Positions 17,006 through 45,841 of a stretch of DNA of 64,000 nt are shown here, piece by piece; positions within the stretch are counted from its first letter, which is position 1, and the number at the start of each line of letters is the position of its first letter. Below the pieces are notes generated by a model, which worked only from the letters and a program-made list of their open reading frames with translations, was not told where the DNA came from and made no database searches. Source of the DNA: the human T2T-CHM13v2.0 reference genome, Homo sapiens; assembly GCF_009914755.1 (NCBI RefSeq), contig NC_060943.1; one strand, 5' to 3'. A program made the position numbers and the translations under genes.

Positions 17006-18261
17006 CATATTCTGAGGATATAGGAAGAAAACTAAAGTTTTCGGCTCACTGCAACCTCTGCCTCCTGGGTTCAAACGATTCTCCCCCTTCAGCCTCCCTA
17101 GTGCCTGGGATTACAGGTGTGCGCCACCACACCTGGCTAATTTTTGTATCTTTAGTAGAGATGGAATTTCGCCATGTTGGCCAGGCTGGTCTTGAACTCC
17201 TGGCTTCAAGTGATCCGCCCACCTTGGGCTCCCAAAGTGCTGGGTAGAGCTGCCAGGCCCTCAGCAGGTGCACCACCCTCCAGGAACCTCCATGTGTTCA
17301 GCTATCCAGAAGCTCTCTGAACCCAGTCCCTTTGGGTTTTTAAGGAGGCTTCATTACAGAGGCATGGCTAATTAAAGCATTGGCCTCTGGTGATGAACTC
17401 AACCTTCAGCCCCTCCCTCCTTCCGAGAAATTGGGAGGTGGGCTGAAAGTCCCAACCCTATAATCCTGCCTTGACCTTTCTTGTGACCAGACCCTATCCT
17501 GAAGCTACCAGCCATTAGTCAATTAATTAGCATACAGAAGACATCGCTTTGGAGGTTCCAAGCATTTAGGAGTTGTATGTCAGGAAAGGGGCAGGAGGAA
17601 TGAAGACCAAATATGTATTTCACACTATCACACCATTCACCCCTGGTCTTTGGACATGGTTCCCTTATACCAAAAGAATATACAACTCAAAAGATACTGC
17701 CACGTTACTAGAATCCCATTCAATCATGACTAATTGGTTCAGTCCATCATATTGTATGAATGTCTCCCAGAGTAAGACCACTCAAGTTTGCAGCCTTCCA
17801 TTCTATCTTGTCAGGTTCTAAAAGCAGGAGTGGTCTCTGCACACATATAGTTTCACCCTCTCAGGCATCTGGTATAATTGAGCTAAGAGACAATGTCATC
17901 CCATGTTCTGAGCATCTTTCAAGGTGTTAACGTAATATTAGATTTCCTTCATTACATAACCCATTTATTCATTCCTTTACCTTCAGCTACCATTCTTCCT
18001 TCTCTTCATTTATATACAAACTTTTCCATCTTTGCAAGGAACACTGTGCTTGTCTGGACTGCAGGCAGCAATACTAGTCTAGCAAGTACCTGCCCCACAA
18101 TCCACTCCCATTCAGACTGGGTAAGGTTACACAGGTGCAGAACCAGTGGGCTGGTTTCACTACCAGACAATATAGCTGCATCCACTATTAGCCCCAGTTT
18201 TGCCAGATAGGGTGGAGGTACAATCTGCCTCTATCAGGCCTTTAGGGAATTCTGACAAAAA

Positions 18262-18560
18262 AGGGATATGAAGAGATTTGTTAAAGGATGCAAAATTATA
18301 GCTAGATAGGAGGAATGAGTTCTAGTGTTCTATAGCACTGTAGGATGACTCCAGTTAACAATAATATATAGCTTCAAATAGCTGGAAGGGGGATAGTGAA
18401 TGTTCCCAACACAAAGAAATGAAACATTTTTGCAATGATGGATATGTGAATTACCCTGATTCAATCACTATACACTGTGTGTATCGAAATATCACTATGT
18501 ACCCTGTAAATATATACGATTATTATATGTCAAGTACAAAAAAAAATAACCAACAAACAA
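18262..18560 (+). mobile_element. L1MA-type 3' end nested in the provirus
   Basis: ctagataggaggaatgagttctagtgttctatagcactgtagg...tatgtaccctgtaaatatatac plus A-rich tail. Confidence 0.8.
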
Positions 18561-18641
18561 AATAACATAGCTACATTTTTTTGCTTAGGAATCATCCCTG
18601 CTTCCAGCACTTGTAGTTTCAAGACCTGGTTCTCGTCCTAG

Positions 18642-19363
18642 TGTTACTAACATGCCAGGGGTTTAGTCTAGTTCCCATTGCTAGATGCACAGAAAGCCAA
18701 CCCCTGAGACAATAAGGGTTGCCAGGGAAGAAGATTTTAACTGGGTGCTGAAGCCAAGGAGAATGGGAAATCAGTCTCAAATTCACTTCTGACGGACTAA
18801 AACTGGGGGGTTTATATAGTGGTGAAGGAATGTAAAACAGGAATTAGGGAGGAGTAAGGAAGCAATTGAGAAATGAGGGATTTAGTCTCTCGTTGTCTGT
18901 GTGGTATAATCTGGTGAGTTTCAGTCCTTTGCCTGAAGGTCAGTTCCAAAGGAAAGAACTCAAGTGAGACAAATGTAAATTTCAAATTTTAACACTAAAA
19001 GGGTCACTTTCTAGGTTTATTCAAAAACTCAGCAGGTGAGATGGCTCACTCACACCTGTAGTCCCAGCACTTCTGGAGGCTGAGGCAGGAGGATTGCTTG
19101 AGGCCAGGAGTTTGAGATCAGCCTGGCCAACATGGCGTGACCCTGTCTCTACAAAAAAGTTTAAAACTTGTCAGGCATGCTGGCATGCATCTGTAGGATA
19201 TGCAGGAAGCTAAAGTAGGAGGATCACTTGAGCCCAGGAGATGGAGGTTGAAATGAGCCAGGTTTGCACCACTGCACTCCAGCTTGGATGACAGAGCCAG
19301 ACCCTGCCTCAAAAAAAACAAAATAGTAAATGCCACTTCTATGGGACAATTGGGTTGGTTTTA
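18642..19363. mobile_element. ERV1/MER4-group solo LTR nested in the ERVL provirus, itself carrying an Alu (~19035-19325)
   Basis: Starts TGTTAC; 4-bp TSD CTAG at 18638-18641 and 19364-19367. Confidence 0.7.
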
Positions 19364-19651
19364 CTAGGACCACTGCATCAGGTAGGAGAAAAAAATGAGG
19401 TTATATCTGGAAGAAAGAAAAAAATATATAGTCATTATAGCAACTTGGTAAGAATTGCATAGCCACACCAGCATTCTCCCTACCCCCACTTTCCCAGGTC
19501 AACCAGAAAACAGGAAAGTCTAGTGGTGACGCTCCTCTAGTCCCATCAGGTTGAGTGTGAGCACACAGGAGGGCATGTAAGCCAAATCTTCCTGTTTTTT
19601 TTTAAATTTTTATTTTTATGGGTACATTAAAAAAAATTATGGCTACATCCT

Positions 19652-20248
19652 TCATGCTTTTATCTCCCCTGTTTTTGACAACCAAAGTTTTAATTGCTCA
19701 TTCCACTTCTTGATCAAATTATTACCCAAAGGACAGCTCTCTGCCCATTGCTGGACATTATGGGCTAGACAGTGTGTTCCTTGGTCGGAAGAAATGACGG
19801 CAGCCTGTGCAAATGTGTGTAATATATTCTGTTCTGATTCTTTTACAGCACTCTGAGCATTTGCATCTTCCACTGGGTAAGCAAAGGCCAGCCCAGAGTC
19901 AGCGTCTATTCCTGTCAAGACCCATTTGTAGCCCCCCAGGGCTACCAGCATCAGCCTCACTTGCCAGCTGTGCTTGGGACCTTCCCACCAGGGAATCTGG
20001 CCCATAGCCATCTGCAGCTTCTGTCTCTCCTGCTGGCAAACAGAACAGTTCTTATTGGCATTATGTGCCTGAGAGGGTGCAATAGAAACATATTTAGATT
20101 CAGCCCATCTCTGCACTGCTGCAGTGCCCTCATGTCCTCTCATTTCATGCACCCAGGTGGCCACCCAGTGAGCACACAGGGATATCTGCTTGTCGATTTC
20201 AATCACCTTCCAGACCTGGAAGAGAGCTCTTCTGGTGGGCATTGACAT
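19652..20248 (-). pseudogene. ERVL integrase relic
   Basis: HEMRGH...CSVC (HHCC zinc finger), WQV, LTGIDADSGLAFAYPV, ISSDQGTH catalytic-core motifs; first catalytic Asp lost, ORF truncated. Confidence 0.88.
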
Positions 20249-20339
20249 GTCCTACCTTAAGGACCCCTCAAATTTCCAAAGGGCTGTGTGTGTCCCATAT
20301 GGACATCCCTTTAATAGGCTAGGTTTCCATTATCCACCT

Positions 20340-21420
20340 GCTTGACTATATGGCCAAGCCATTGGCCACTGCCTGTGAGTCAGTAAAAACCCACACGGAA
20401 GGGCTTTTACCACTGTTCAATTCTTCAGCATGCAATTCAGCTCACTGGACGGATTTGTTTTTATCTTCTTTGATCAGAATGGCATCCTTCTAAATAGAAC
20501 GTGGTCTTTTCATCTTGGCACTGTCATCTGCACACCAAGCAGCTCTTTGTTGGCTAGTTGAGAGCTGTTTATAGGGCACTGTCCAAGTGGCAGTAGGATC
20601 CAGCTGCTCCCCATACGCTTCCAGAGTCAGTCCGAGGGAGAAAGAGGCTCCTTTTTTATTAGTATCTCCTCCTTGCATTCCCTAGGTAGCATGATCCTGT
20701 ATAAATCATTTCTAATTTATTAGGGGACTCTTCTGGGCATTTTAATCTCCATTAGAGTGTTTTTAAACATAATCCAAGAGATTATTGGTATTTCAGGCTT
20801 CAAGATCATTTTATGTCCTCAGTCATAGGGGTAGCTTGAATTAATATCCCATAGAAAGTAGTATTATGCTCTTCAAATTGAAATTCTGTAGTCCAGAGTC
20901 TCAGTAGTTGTCACTGGAAGGTGCTTATAGGCTGTTCCCATAGGCCCCAGTCTGGGTTCCATACAGGGCTCTGTCTCAGAGAATTTGTCCATAGCATCAC
21001 TCCGTCTTCTATTCTACATTTTGTGGGCTCCAGAGATCTGACTGGTTCCTATTTAGCATGTCCAATTAATATTGATTAAAGGCAGATTTACATGGCTTTT
21101 GTTTCATAATGCTAGGTATGGGAAACATTTCCCAGTCTGATACAACATCCATCCCCATAATATAATCAGGTAAAATCACTTCAGAGAAAATGTGTTCAAA
21201 TATACCAACTCTCCTATAAAGGTTTATCTTAATTCCACCAACCCTCACTTTCCTAACTGTAGCCTCTATTAGAACTTTATCAATGGTTTTTGGTTTCACA
21301 ATACTACAACCCTTAAATTTTTACATTCTCTCAATCTAATCCCAAGTCAGGACTTCACCAATGGATGTTGGTACCATAGTCAGTGGACCTCCCATATCAA
21401 GGAGTCCCATGAATTTCTCT
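20340..21420 (-). pseudogene. ERVL protease and RNase H relics, frameshifted; no recognisable RT core
   Basis: GLLDMG-like protease motif near 21390-21410, YIMGMDVV (21066..21299 ORF), AAWCADDSA (AWFTDGSA-like) in the 20490..20678 ORF. Confidence 0.7.
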
Positions 21421-22841
21421 TCTGCATCCCTGATCATTTTGTCCACTTGTGTACATAAGGCTTTAGGTCCCCATCAGGGCGTTGAGCAAAAGAACTCTTG
21501 CTTGTTGGTTAATCTTTATCTTGATTAAACTGCCAGACTATTGCCCCAGAAAATTTCAGATCAGATGTCTTATTTTAATCTTTGCTTTCTGACTTTTAAA
21601 ATTTCTCCAAACTAAGGTAAATACAGCAAACTTTTTTGGAACCCTTTAATGTTAGGGAACCAACAAGTACTCCCTTTGGCCCACCCAACCTTAAATAGTA
21701 TTATATTAAGACTTTTGTTCTAACTCCATCAATTTCTGTTTTACTCATCCCACTTCTGACACCAAATCTGAGGCTATAGGGAAGACAACCAAAGTGCTTT
21801 TTCTATTCTCTCACTTAACAATCAACACTTCTCTTTTGATTGGTGTCACCAAGAATTGTGTAGGGATTTCTCCCCACCAGCAACCAATTAATCAGTTCTG
21901 CAGTGGACACGAATTGGGTGTACTCCAATTCAATCCTCATACATCTACCTGGACTTCACAGCAGATCCCACAAGTTGAGGGCTTGGTCCCACAAGACTGT
22001 CCCCCACTTCCAATGCCAATTGTAGGCTCCAGGTTCTTTACCTGTGCTTCTGACTGACCAGCTATAAATTGGGGTTCCATAACACCTTTCTCTTCAATTA
22101 ATTTTTTAGAGCAGCTCAAAGAACTTAGAAAAACACTTATGCTTACCAGTTTATTATAAAGGATATTACAAAGGATACAGGTGAAGAGACGCACAGGGTG
22201 AGGTGCAGGGGAAGGAGAATGGAGTTGCCATGCCCTCTCCAGGCATGCCACCTTCCAGGAACCTCCGTGTGTTCAACTGTCCGGAAGCCCCCTAAACCCA
22301 GTCTTTTGCGGTTTTTTAATGGAACATTCATTACATACGCATGATTGATTAAATCATTGCCCATTGGTGCTCCACTTAACTTTCACTCCCTCTCCCTTCC
22401 ACAGAGGCTGGGAGATGAGCTGAAAGTCCCAACCTTTTAATCATGCCTTGTTCTTTCCTGTGACCAACCCCCATACTGAAGCTACCTGGGGCTTGCCAGT
22501 GGACGTAGCGGGGGTGTTATGAAGACCAAATATATATTTCACAGTATCACACATTTATAGCTCTTGGGATGTAAAAAATTCTCCATGTCTCTTTGTCCTC
22601 ACCTGTGAAATAGGGATAAAGATAAGTGCTGCCTCAGAAGGGTGTCATGATGCTTCAAGGAGATAATATGTACAAAGTGCTTAGAAAGATCCCTACACCG
22701 AGTAAGCACTCATATTTTATCAGGCATGGGATGGGCCATTTCAGGAAGAGGGAGCTCCTGTTCTCATCCTAAGTCTGAACGGTCCGGAATTCAAAGAGGA
22801 TCAATAAATGGCCTTTCACCAGGATCACAATGGATTTTGTA

Positions 22842-23010
22842 GAGTGGTGGGCTGGCAAGCTGATTCAGTGTTCACCATTGCTGTGGTGTAAATCCTCCCA
22901 ACATGGCCAGTTTCAAGCTAATAATGGTTTAACACCTGGCTTGCACAATTTCTGAAAATTTAATAATCAGCTCTTTTGAGCCAGTGCAAGCCACCTGCAG
23001 AACACCATTA
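22842..23010. mobile_element. MER63-like hAT DNA transposon relic
   Basis: ggtgtaaatcctcccaacatggccagtttcaagcta...tctgaaaatttaataatcagctc. Confidence 0.6.
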
Positions 23011-23109
23011 ACTTTTGCATCACCCAGTTTTGTGAACGCAGGCAGGTCTCTTCCTCCCTCTGTATCTTACTTCCCTCCATCTCTCCAAACGGAGCTAAGC
23101 CATCCGACT

Positions 23110-24150
23110 CACTCATGCAGTACGTATTTATTTGAGTACGTACTACATGTCAGTCACTAGGTTGGGCTCTGGAAATCCAGCCTTGAACAAAAGCAGACCA
23201 AAACAAAAACAAAAAACTCCGTGAAGCTTACATTCTGGAAGTGGGAGTAGGGGGAGAGCAACTAAAAATAACAGTGAAAGAAGGAAATCGGCCGGGCGCA
23301 GTGGCTCACACCTGTAATCCCAGCACTTTAAGAGGCCGAGGCGGGCAGATCGCCTGAGATCAGGAGTTGAAGACCAGCCTGACTAGCATGGAGAAACCCC
23401 ATCTCTATTAAAAATACAAAACGAGCCGACTGTGATGGTGCATGCCTGTGATCCCAGCTGCTCAGGAGGCTGAGGCAGGAGAATCACTTGAACCCAGGAG
23501 TTAGAGGTTGTGGTGAGCCAAGATCATACCATTGCACTCTAGCCTGGGCAAGAAGAGCAAAACTCTGTCAAAAAAAAAAGAAAGAAAGAAAGAAAGAAAG
23601 AAAAGAAAAGGAAAAGGCAAAAGAACATTGTTAGTGCTATGAAGAGGTATGACGTAGAGTTATTGTGCTGGGAGTAGCAGCTACTTTGGAAACTATGATC
23701 AATGAAGGCTTCTTAAAGGGGAGAAGATGAGCCTTAAATAAGAAAGAGTCATCTGCCAGTGTGGTAGGAAGAGCATTCCAGCGAAAGAACGGCAAGTACA
23801 AAGACCCTGGGGCTGGAATTGTTCGGTTTGTTTAAGGAATGGAAAGAAGGTCACAGCGAGCTGAGTGATTGAGGCAGGGAGTGGCCCTAGCTGGTCCAGG
23901 TGTTTAGTGGTGGTTGTTCTGAAGGTGGAGGCAAAGGTAGAGGCCAAGAGAGTAGAGCATAGGCTGCTACAGCCAGAGTCCTACAGGGAGAGGTGGTGAA
24001 AGCTCAGACCAGGATGGGAGAGTAAGAAAAGGACAAAGCAGAGATTTGTTTTGGAGACAGAGCCAGCGGTTCTTGCAGACAAATTGGATGTGAGTGGAGG
24101 GGGAAGGAATTGAGGATGGATATGTTTCTGAGGCAGAACAGCCCCTACTG
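23110..24150. mobile_element. L2 fragment with an inserted AluS (~23290-23610, GAAA tail)
   Basis: tatttattgagtacgtactac...gagcattccagcgaaagaacggcaagtacaaagaccctgggg. Confidence 0.75.
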
Positions 24151-24674
24151 GGTAACTTCAAAAGCTCCTGCCTTGAACTGCTACAGAAATAACGTAGACT
24201 CAGAGATTATTTTGCTCCTGCGTATGCCAAGGGGACGGGAACAGGAGGGTGGAATACACCTAGTAAACAGATGCAAAGTGGAAAGGGGAGGGAGAAACTC
24301 ACTACAGGTTTTTGAGGTGCTGGCTGGAGCCAGGAGCTGCTCCAAGATCTCTCATTCTTCTCAATAACCTTGGGCAATAGGGAATTTTCCACCTTGCAGG
24401 GGAAGACGCTGAGGTTCTGGGAAGAGAAATGGCTTGTCCAAGGTCACACAGCCAAGTCAGTGAAAGAACAGGGAGCCAGGATGTTTTGCACCTAAACCCT
24501 GGATTATGGTTTCCTCCCCACCTGCTCCCCCAAGATAAGTCCCCCAATCCCTTCCCATTGCCTTATTATACTGGGGATGAGGGTTGGGGTGGAGGAAAAA
24601 AGCAAATTTCACTCCAAAAGTCAGTGTTTTCGTTATCCATGAAAATAGATGGAAAAGCTGAACTGTGGCCCACA

Positions 24675-25690
24675 GGAAGAGGGGCCTGGGGGCCTGGCCT
24701 CCTGGGTCTGAGGGAGGAGGGGGCTGGGGGCCTGGACTCCTGGGTCTGAGGGAGGAGGGGCTGGGGGCCTGGACTCCTGGGTCTGAGGGAGGAGGGGCTG
24801 GGGGCCTGGACTCCAGGGTCTGAGGGAGGAGGGGCTGGGGGCCTGGACTCCAGGGTCTGAGGGAGGAGGGACTGGGGACCTGGACTCCTGGGTCTGAGGG
24901 AGGAGGGGCTGGGGGCCTGGACTCCTAGGTCTGAGGGAGGAGGAACTGGGGACCTGGACTCCTGGGCCTGAGGGAGGAGGGGCTGGGGACCTGGACTCCT
25001 GGCTCTGAGGGAGGAGGGGCTGGGGGCCTGGACTCCAGGGTCTGAGGGAGGAGGAGCTGGGGGCCTGGACTCCTGGGTCTGAGGGAGGAGGGGCTGGGGG
25101 CCTGGACTCCTGGGTCTGAGGGACGAGGGGCTGGGGGCCTGGGCTCCAGGGTCTGAGGGAGGAGGGGCTGGGGGCCTGGACTCCTGGGTCTGAGGGAGGA
25201 GGGGCTGGGGGCCTGGACTCCTGGGTCTGAGGGAGGAGGGGCTGGGGGCCTGGGCTCCAGGGTCTGAGGGAGGAGGGGCTGGGGGCCTGGACTCCTGGGT
25301 CTGAGGGAGGAGGGGCTGGGGGCCTGGACTCCTGGGTCTGAGGGAGGAGGGGCTGGGGGCCTGGGCTCCAGGGTCTGAGGGAGGAGGGGCTGGGGGCCTG
25401 GACTCCTGGGTCTGAGGGAGGAGGGGCTGGGGGCCTGGGCTCCAGGGTCTGAGAGAGGAGGGGCTGGGCCTGGACTCCTGGGTCTGAGGGAGGAGGGGCT
25501 GGGGGCCTGGACTCCTGGGCTGAGGGAGGAGGGGCTGGGGGCCTGGACTCCTGGGTCTGAGGGAGGAGGGGCTGGGGGCCTGGACTCCTGGGTCTGAGGG
25601 AGGAGGGGCTGGGGGCCTGGACTCCAGGGTCTGAGGGAGGAGGGGCTGGGGACCTGGGCTCCTGGGTCTGAGAGAGGAGGGACTGGGGCT
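24675..25690. repeat. MSR1 37-bp minisatellite, ~27 copies
   Basis: Tandem unit GGGTCTGAGGGAGGAGGGGCTGGGGGCCTGGACTCCT, the chr19q13-enriched MSR1 repeat. Confidence 0.95.
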
Positions 25691-26132
25691 AGTCTCCTAG
25701 GTCCATGGGAGGATGAGATTGGGACTTGAAGGAGGAGGGAGCTGGGTTTTAGGAAGTATCCCAGACTCCGTGTTCTGCGGATGTGGTGGAAAGACGTGGG
25801 GACGCCTGGGGCGGGAGGGGTAGGGGCCGGGCCGCAGTAACAAAGGCCTCTCCCTCCAACAAGCAACCCCCCCTTGACCCCGCCTCCCCGGCCCCCCACC
25901 TCTCCTGATTGGCCGGTCTCCCTGCCCGTCAGCGCCGCCCCCCTCCCCGGGTCTGCAGCAGCTCCAGCCGCCTCGTCGCGCCCCCCCAGCCCCCTCCCCC
26001 CGCCCCCGCCGCCCCCCGGGCCGGTGCAGCCGCAGGCGGGGTCCCCCTCCCCCTCCCCCCTCTCCCCCCAGGCCTCGCGCGCCCCGGACCGGCCCCCCCT
26101 TTCCCCTCCCCCTCCGCGCCGCCTCTGCCGCG

Positions 26133-43041
<16,909 letters not shown>

Positions 43042-44084
43042 GCGCAACCCAGTGGAGCTCACCTCCCCCTGCAGGGGGCCTCAGGCCAAGAGTGAGAGAA
43101 ACGGGGGAGCAAGAGCCGTGGGTCTCGTGGGGGCAGAAGAGCTCTCGGCCACCAAGGAAGAAGAGAGAGGAGAAGAGGAGGAGGCAGAGGAAGAAAGATC
43201 TTCAGAGAACCCATCACTGTGAGGGATAACGCAAAATTATGCATCTTTCTACAGCCATTCTCGCCACCCGTTCACATTTCCGATTGTGACCCACTCCCGC
43301 CACCCCATACCCCTCTCTCTTAGCTCAGGCTGTCAACTGGCTTGTGTGGGTGTGGGTGTGTGAGTGTGAGCCTGCATGCATGTGTAGGTGTCTGTGTCTC
43401 TGTTTGTGTGTGTGTGGGGGGGTGGGCTGGGGGAAGGGACTCAGCCGTCCTCCCGCCCCCAAAACCCCCATGTCCACTGTCCCCAACCCTATTGCCTCTC
43501 ACCTCTGGCTGGAGGTAGGTATGAGGCTCTGCAGTGGAAGCTGTGAAGAGAGGCTTACCAGGCTCCCTGCTTCCCCAATATATGCACGCACACTACCCCT
43601 CCCCCTGTCGAAAGGGCAACTCCTGGCAGGTTGGGAGTGGGGAGGGGCATCGCACTCACCTGTCAAGCTGTCATTCAGCCTTTGTGAGTAAGTGGGGGAC
43701 CTCCATCTAGGCTCTGGGCTTCCCTGCTGTCAACCACCAGCTTCCTGTAGCCAGAGGCCCCATCGCTGGCTCAGTGGCCTGAGACCTTCCCACTTTTCCT
43801 GTCCCTCCACACCCTGGATTTTCTGGCCCCCTCCTGGGCCAATCGGTGCTTCCATCCAACTGTCAGACTGGTGGCAGGAGTCACCTGTCTGTTTCAGTGC
43901 TTTGCCCTACCCTTGCCACCACTCCCCTTGGCCTTGATTTCCCCACCTGCGGCACCAGCCAGCTGCCCTTGGGGCCTTTGCAGCTGGCCCACAGGTGTGA
44001 GCTTGCTGGTCTATCACTTCCTGGCCTCTCCACCAACTGTACCTCCCAAAGGCTACCTGACCGCCCTCACAGACACTCAGACGC

Positions 44085-44138
44085 ACCACACACACATACA
44101 CACACACAGACACACACACACACACACACACACACACC
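44085..44138. repeat. (CA)n microsatellite in IGLON5 3'UTR
   Basis: Interrupted CA run. Confidence 0.95.
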
Positions 44139-44616
44139 AGCGACTGTGACCAGCAATAGCCCCCTGGCTCCAGCTGTCCGGTAGCTGGTGACTAGCTGTA
44201 TTTCCCCCTGGGTAGGCATCTGGTGTCAGGAAGGGACGCTGAGAGGCCGCAGCCTCAGCTCTGACTGTAGGAACACTCCACCCTGGTACACCACACCACA
44301 CAAAGTGGGGGACAGAGAGGCATCACACAGACATCCTGAGCCCAGACAAAGATGCCATGTCACCAACTCCGACTCCCAGGAGACCCTCTATATAAACACC
44401 CACCCCAAACCACACCACCCAGAGTCTGGTGGAGAAAAGGAGAGGGCAAGGCGCAGTGACTGTACCTCAGACGGGGGCATGGGCCCCATCCCACATTGTC
44501 TTCCATTCCCAGGGTCCAGGGGATGGGGTGGGACAGGGGAGGGATGCTAGGGAGGGGGTGGGGGGCCCTGGGGGCCATGTGTTCCAATTCATGGGGAGTG
44601 TTGAGACCACCACACC

Positions 44617-44622
44617 AATAAA
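44617..44622 (+). terminator. IGLON5 proximal polyadenylation signal
   Basis: First AATAAA downstream of the stop codon (about 1.6 kb 3'UTR), with GT-rich sequence downstream. Confidence 0.75.
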
Positions 44623-45145
44623 CGCCTTTTTCCAAAGTCTGCCTGCAGGTGTCAATGTCATTAAGGATTAGAGTTAATGAAGGGCAAAGGGTAGCAGTCA
44701 ATTGGTGGTGCCTCTCCAGCATCATTCCTACCGCCTACTTTCTCACTGGTAGACTTGGAATGGACTCATTACAGAGATGCCCTGTGATTGGCCGAAGACA
44801 CCCAGCATAGCCCATTTCCCACCGTGATTGGCTCAGAGATGGGCACATGACCCAGTAAGGCTAATGAGAAAGTGAATGGATTCCCAAGAAGAGATGCTTT
44901 TCTGCTGGATATTGTGGCTCCGTGATGTGAAGTCAACATCTGTAGGGTTGCTTTTCTCCATCACATGGAGAGATCTTGGCTCTGTGGGGATAGCAATGGT
45001 GGGGAGGACAGCATATGGAGCCTGAGAAGGATAGGAACACTGTGAAGGGCAGAGTGGAAACCTTAGAGAAACTGAGTCCATGATTATATATCATTTGAGC
45101 AGCTGGATCAAAACTTAACTGATGCCCATTTTCACTTATATAAGC

Positions 45146-45151
45146 AATAAA
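45146..45151 (+). terminator. Candidate distal IGLON5 poly(A) signal inside a MaLR LTR
   Basis: AATAAA at the position of the LTR's own poly(A) signal (taagcAATAAAgtcccct). Confidence 0.5.
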
Positions 45152-45835
45152 GTCCCCTGTATATTTAAACCAATTTGCATTGGATTTTCTATCTCTAGTA
45201 ATAAAAAAGAGAATGAAAACCGTAATAGATACAGAAGAGACATAGAAGGCCCAGAACCCCAACCCTCACCTTTCCAAAAGGATCCAGGGGTTCTATTTTC
45301 CAATGGCCTTTTCTACCCCCAATCATTAACCAGAAATTCTCTCACATGCTTTCCTTCCCTGAGACAGATGCTGGTTGCCCACATTTGAGTTGTTTGGTTC
45401 CCCTTTCTTCTTCGCTGGCAGATCCACGTGTTATGATACAGGCTAGATATCTGGTTTCCTAGCCTCCTTTGCAGCTATGTGGCCAGTTTGGGCCAAAGAG
45501 ACATAAATGGAAATTTGCTTGTAGGTTTCCAGGAAAGCTTCCCTCCCACCCCATGAGAGGGAAGAAGGCAGTGATAGAGGGAGGTAGAGGGTGGGGAAGA
45601 TGTATAGGGAGGAAGTTCTGCCCCCTTCCTTTTATCTTTGGATACAGTTGTGTGAAGATGTGATGACTGGAGCTGCAGCAACCATCTTGCTACGTGAAGC
45701 AACATGCTTAGAGTCAATGTGCCAACCCACTGAGGGTGGCAGAGCAGATGGATGCAAAGGGCCCATGTCTTTAATGGCGTTACTGAGCTGCTGAGCCAGC
45801 CTGAAACCAGCCGCCTCCATAGTTCTTGCCACCAT

Positions 45836-45841
45836 TTTATT
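45836..45841 (-). terminator. Likely VSIG10L polyadenylation signal
   Basis: TTTATT on + (AATAAA on -) about 1 kb past the stop; a second copy at 45991-45996 lies in an L2 end. Confidence 0.6.

Larger units (their letters stand above)
17011..22551 (-). mobile_element. Degenerate class III (ERVL) provirus with MER21-family LTRs
   Basis: 5' LTR 21768-22551 (minus starts TGTGATACTGTGAAATATATATTTGGTCTTC); 3' LTR 17011-17632; PBS 21747-21764; purine tract before the 3' LTR; protease, RNase H and integrase relics; near-TSD catat/cattt. Confidence 0.85.

Noticed and set aside
19652-20248. Possible domesticated integrase gene
   Set aside because: The first catalytic Asp is missing, the core is truncated before the Glu, and flanking pol sequence is frameshifted.
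21747-21764. tRNA-Leu sequence match
   Set aside because: Only the 3' 18 nt, including the non-templated CCA, are present next to an LTR: a retroviral PBS, not a tRNA gene.
24925-25899. 324-aa minus-strand ORF
   Set aside because: It is a translation of the 37-bp MSR1 repeat cycling through three frames, with no gene context.
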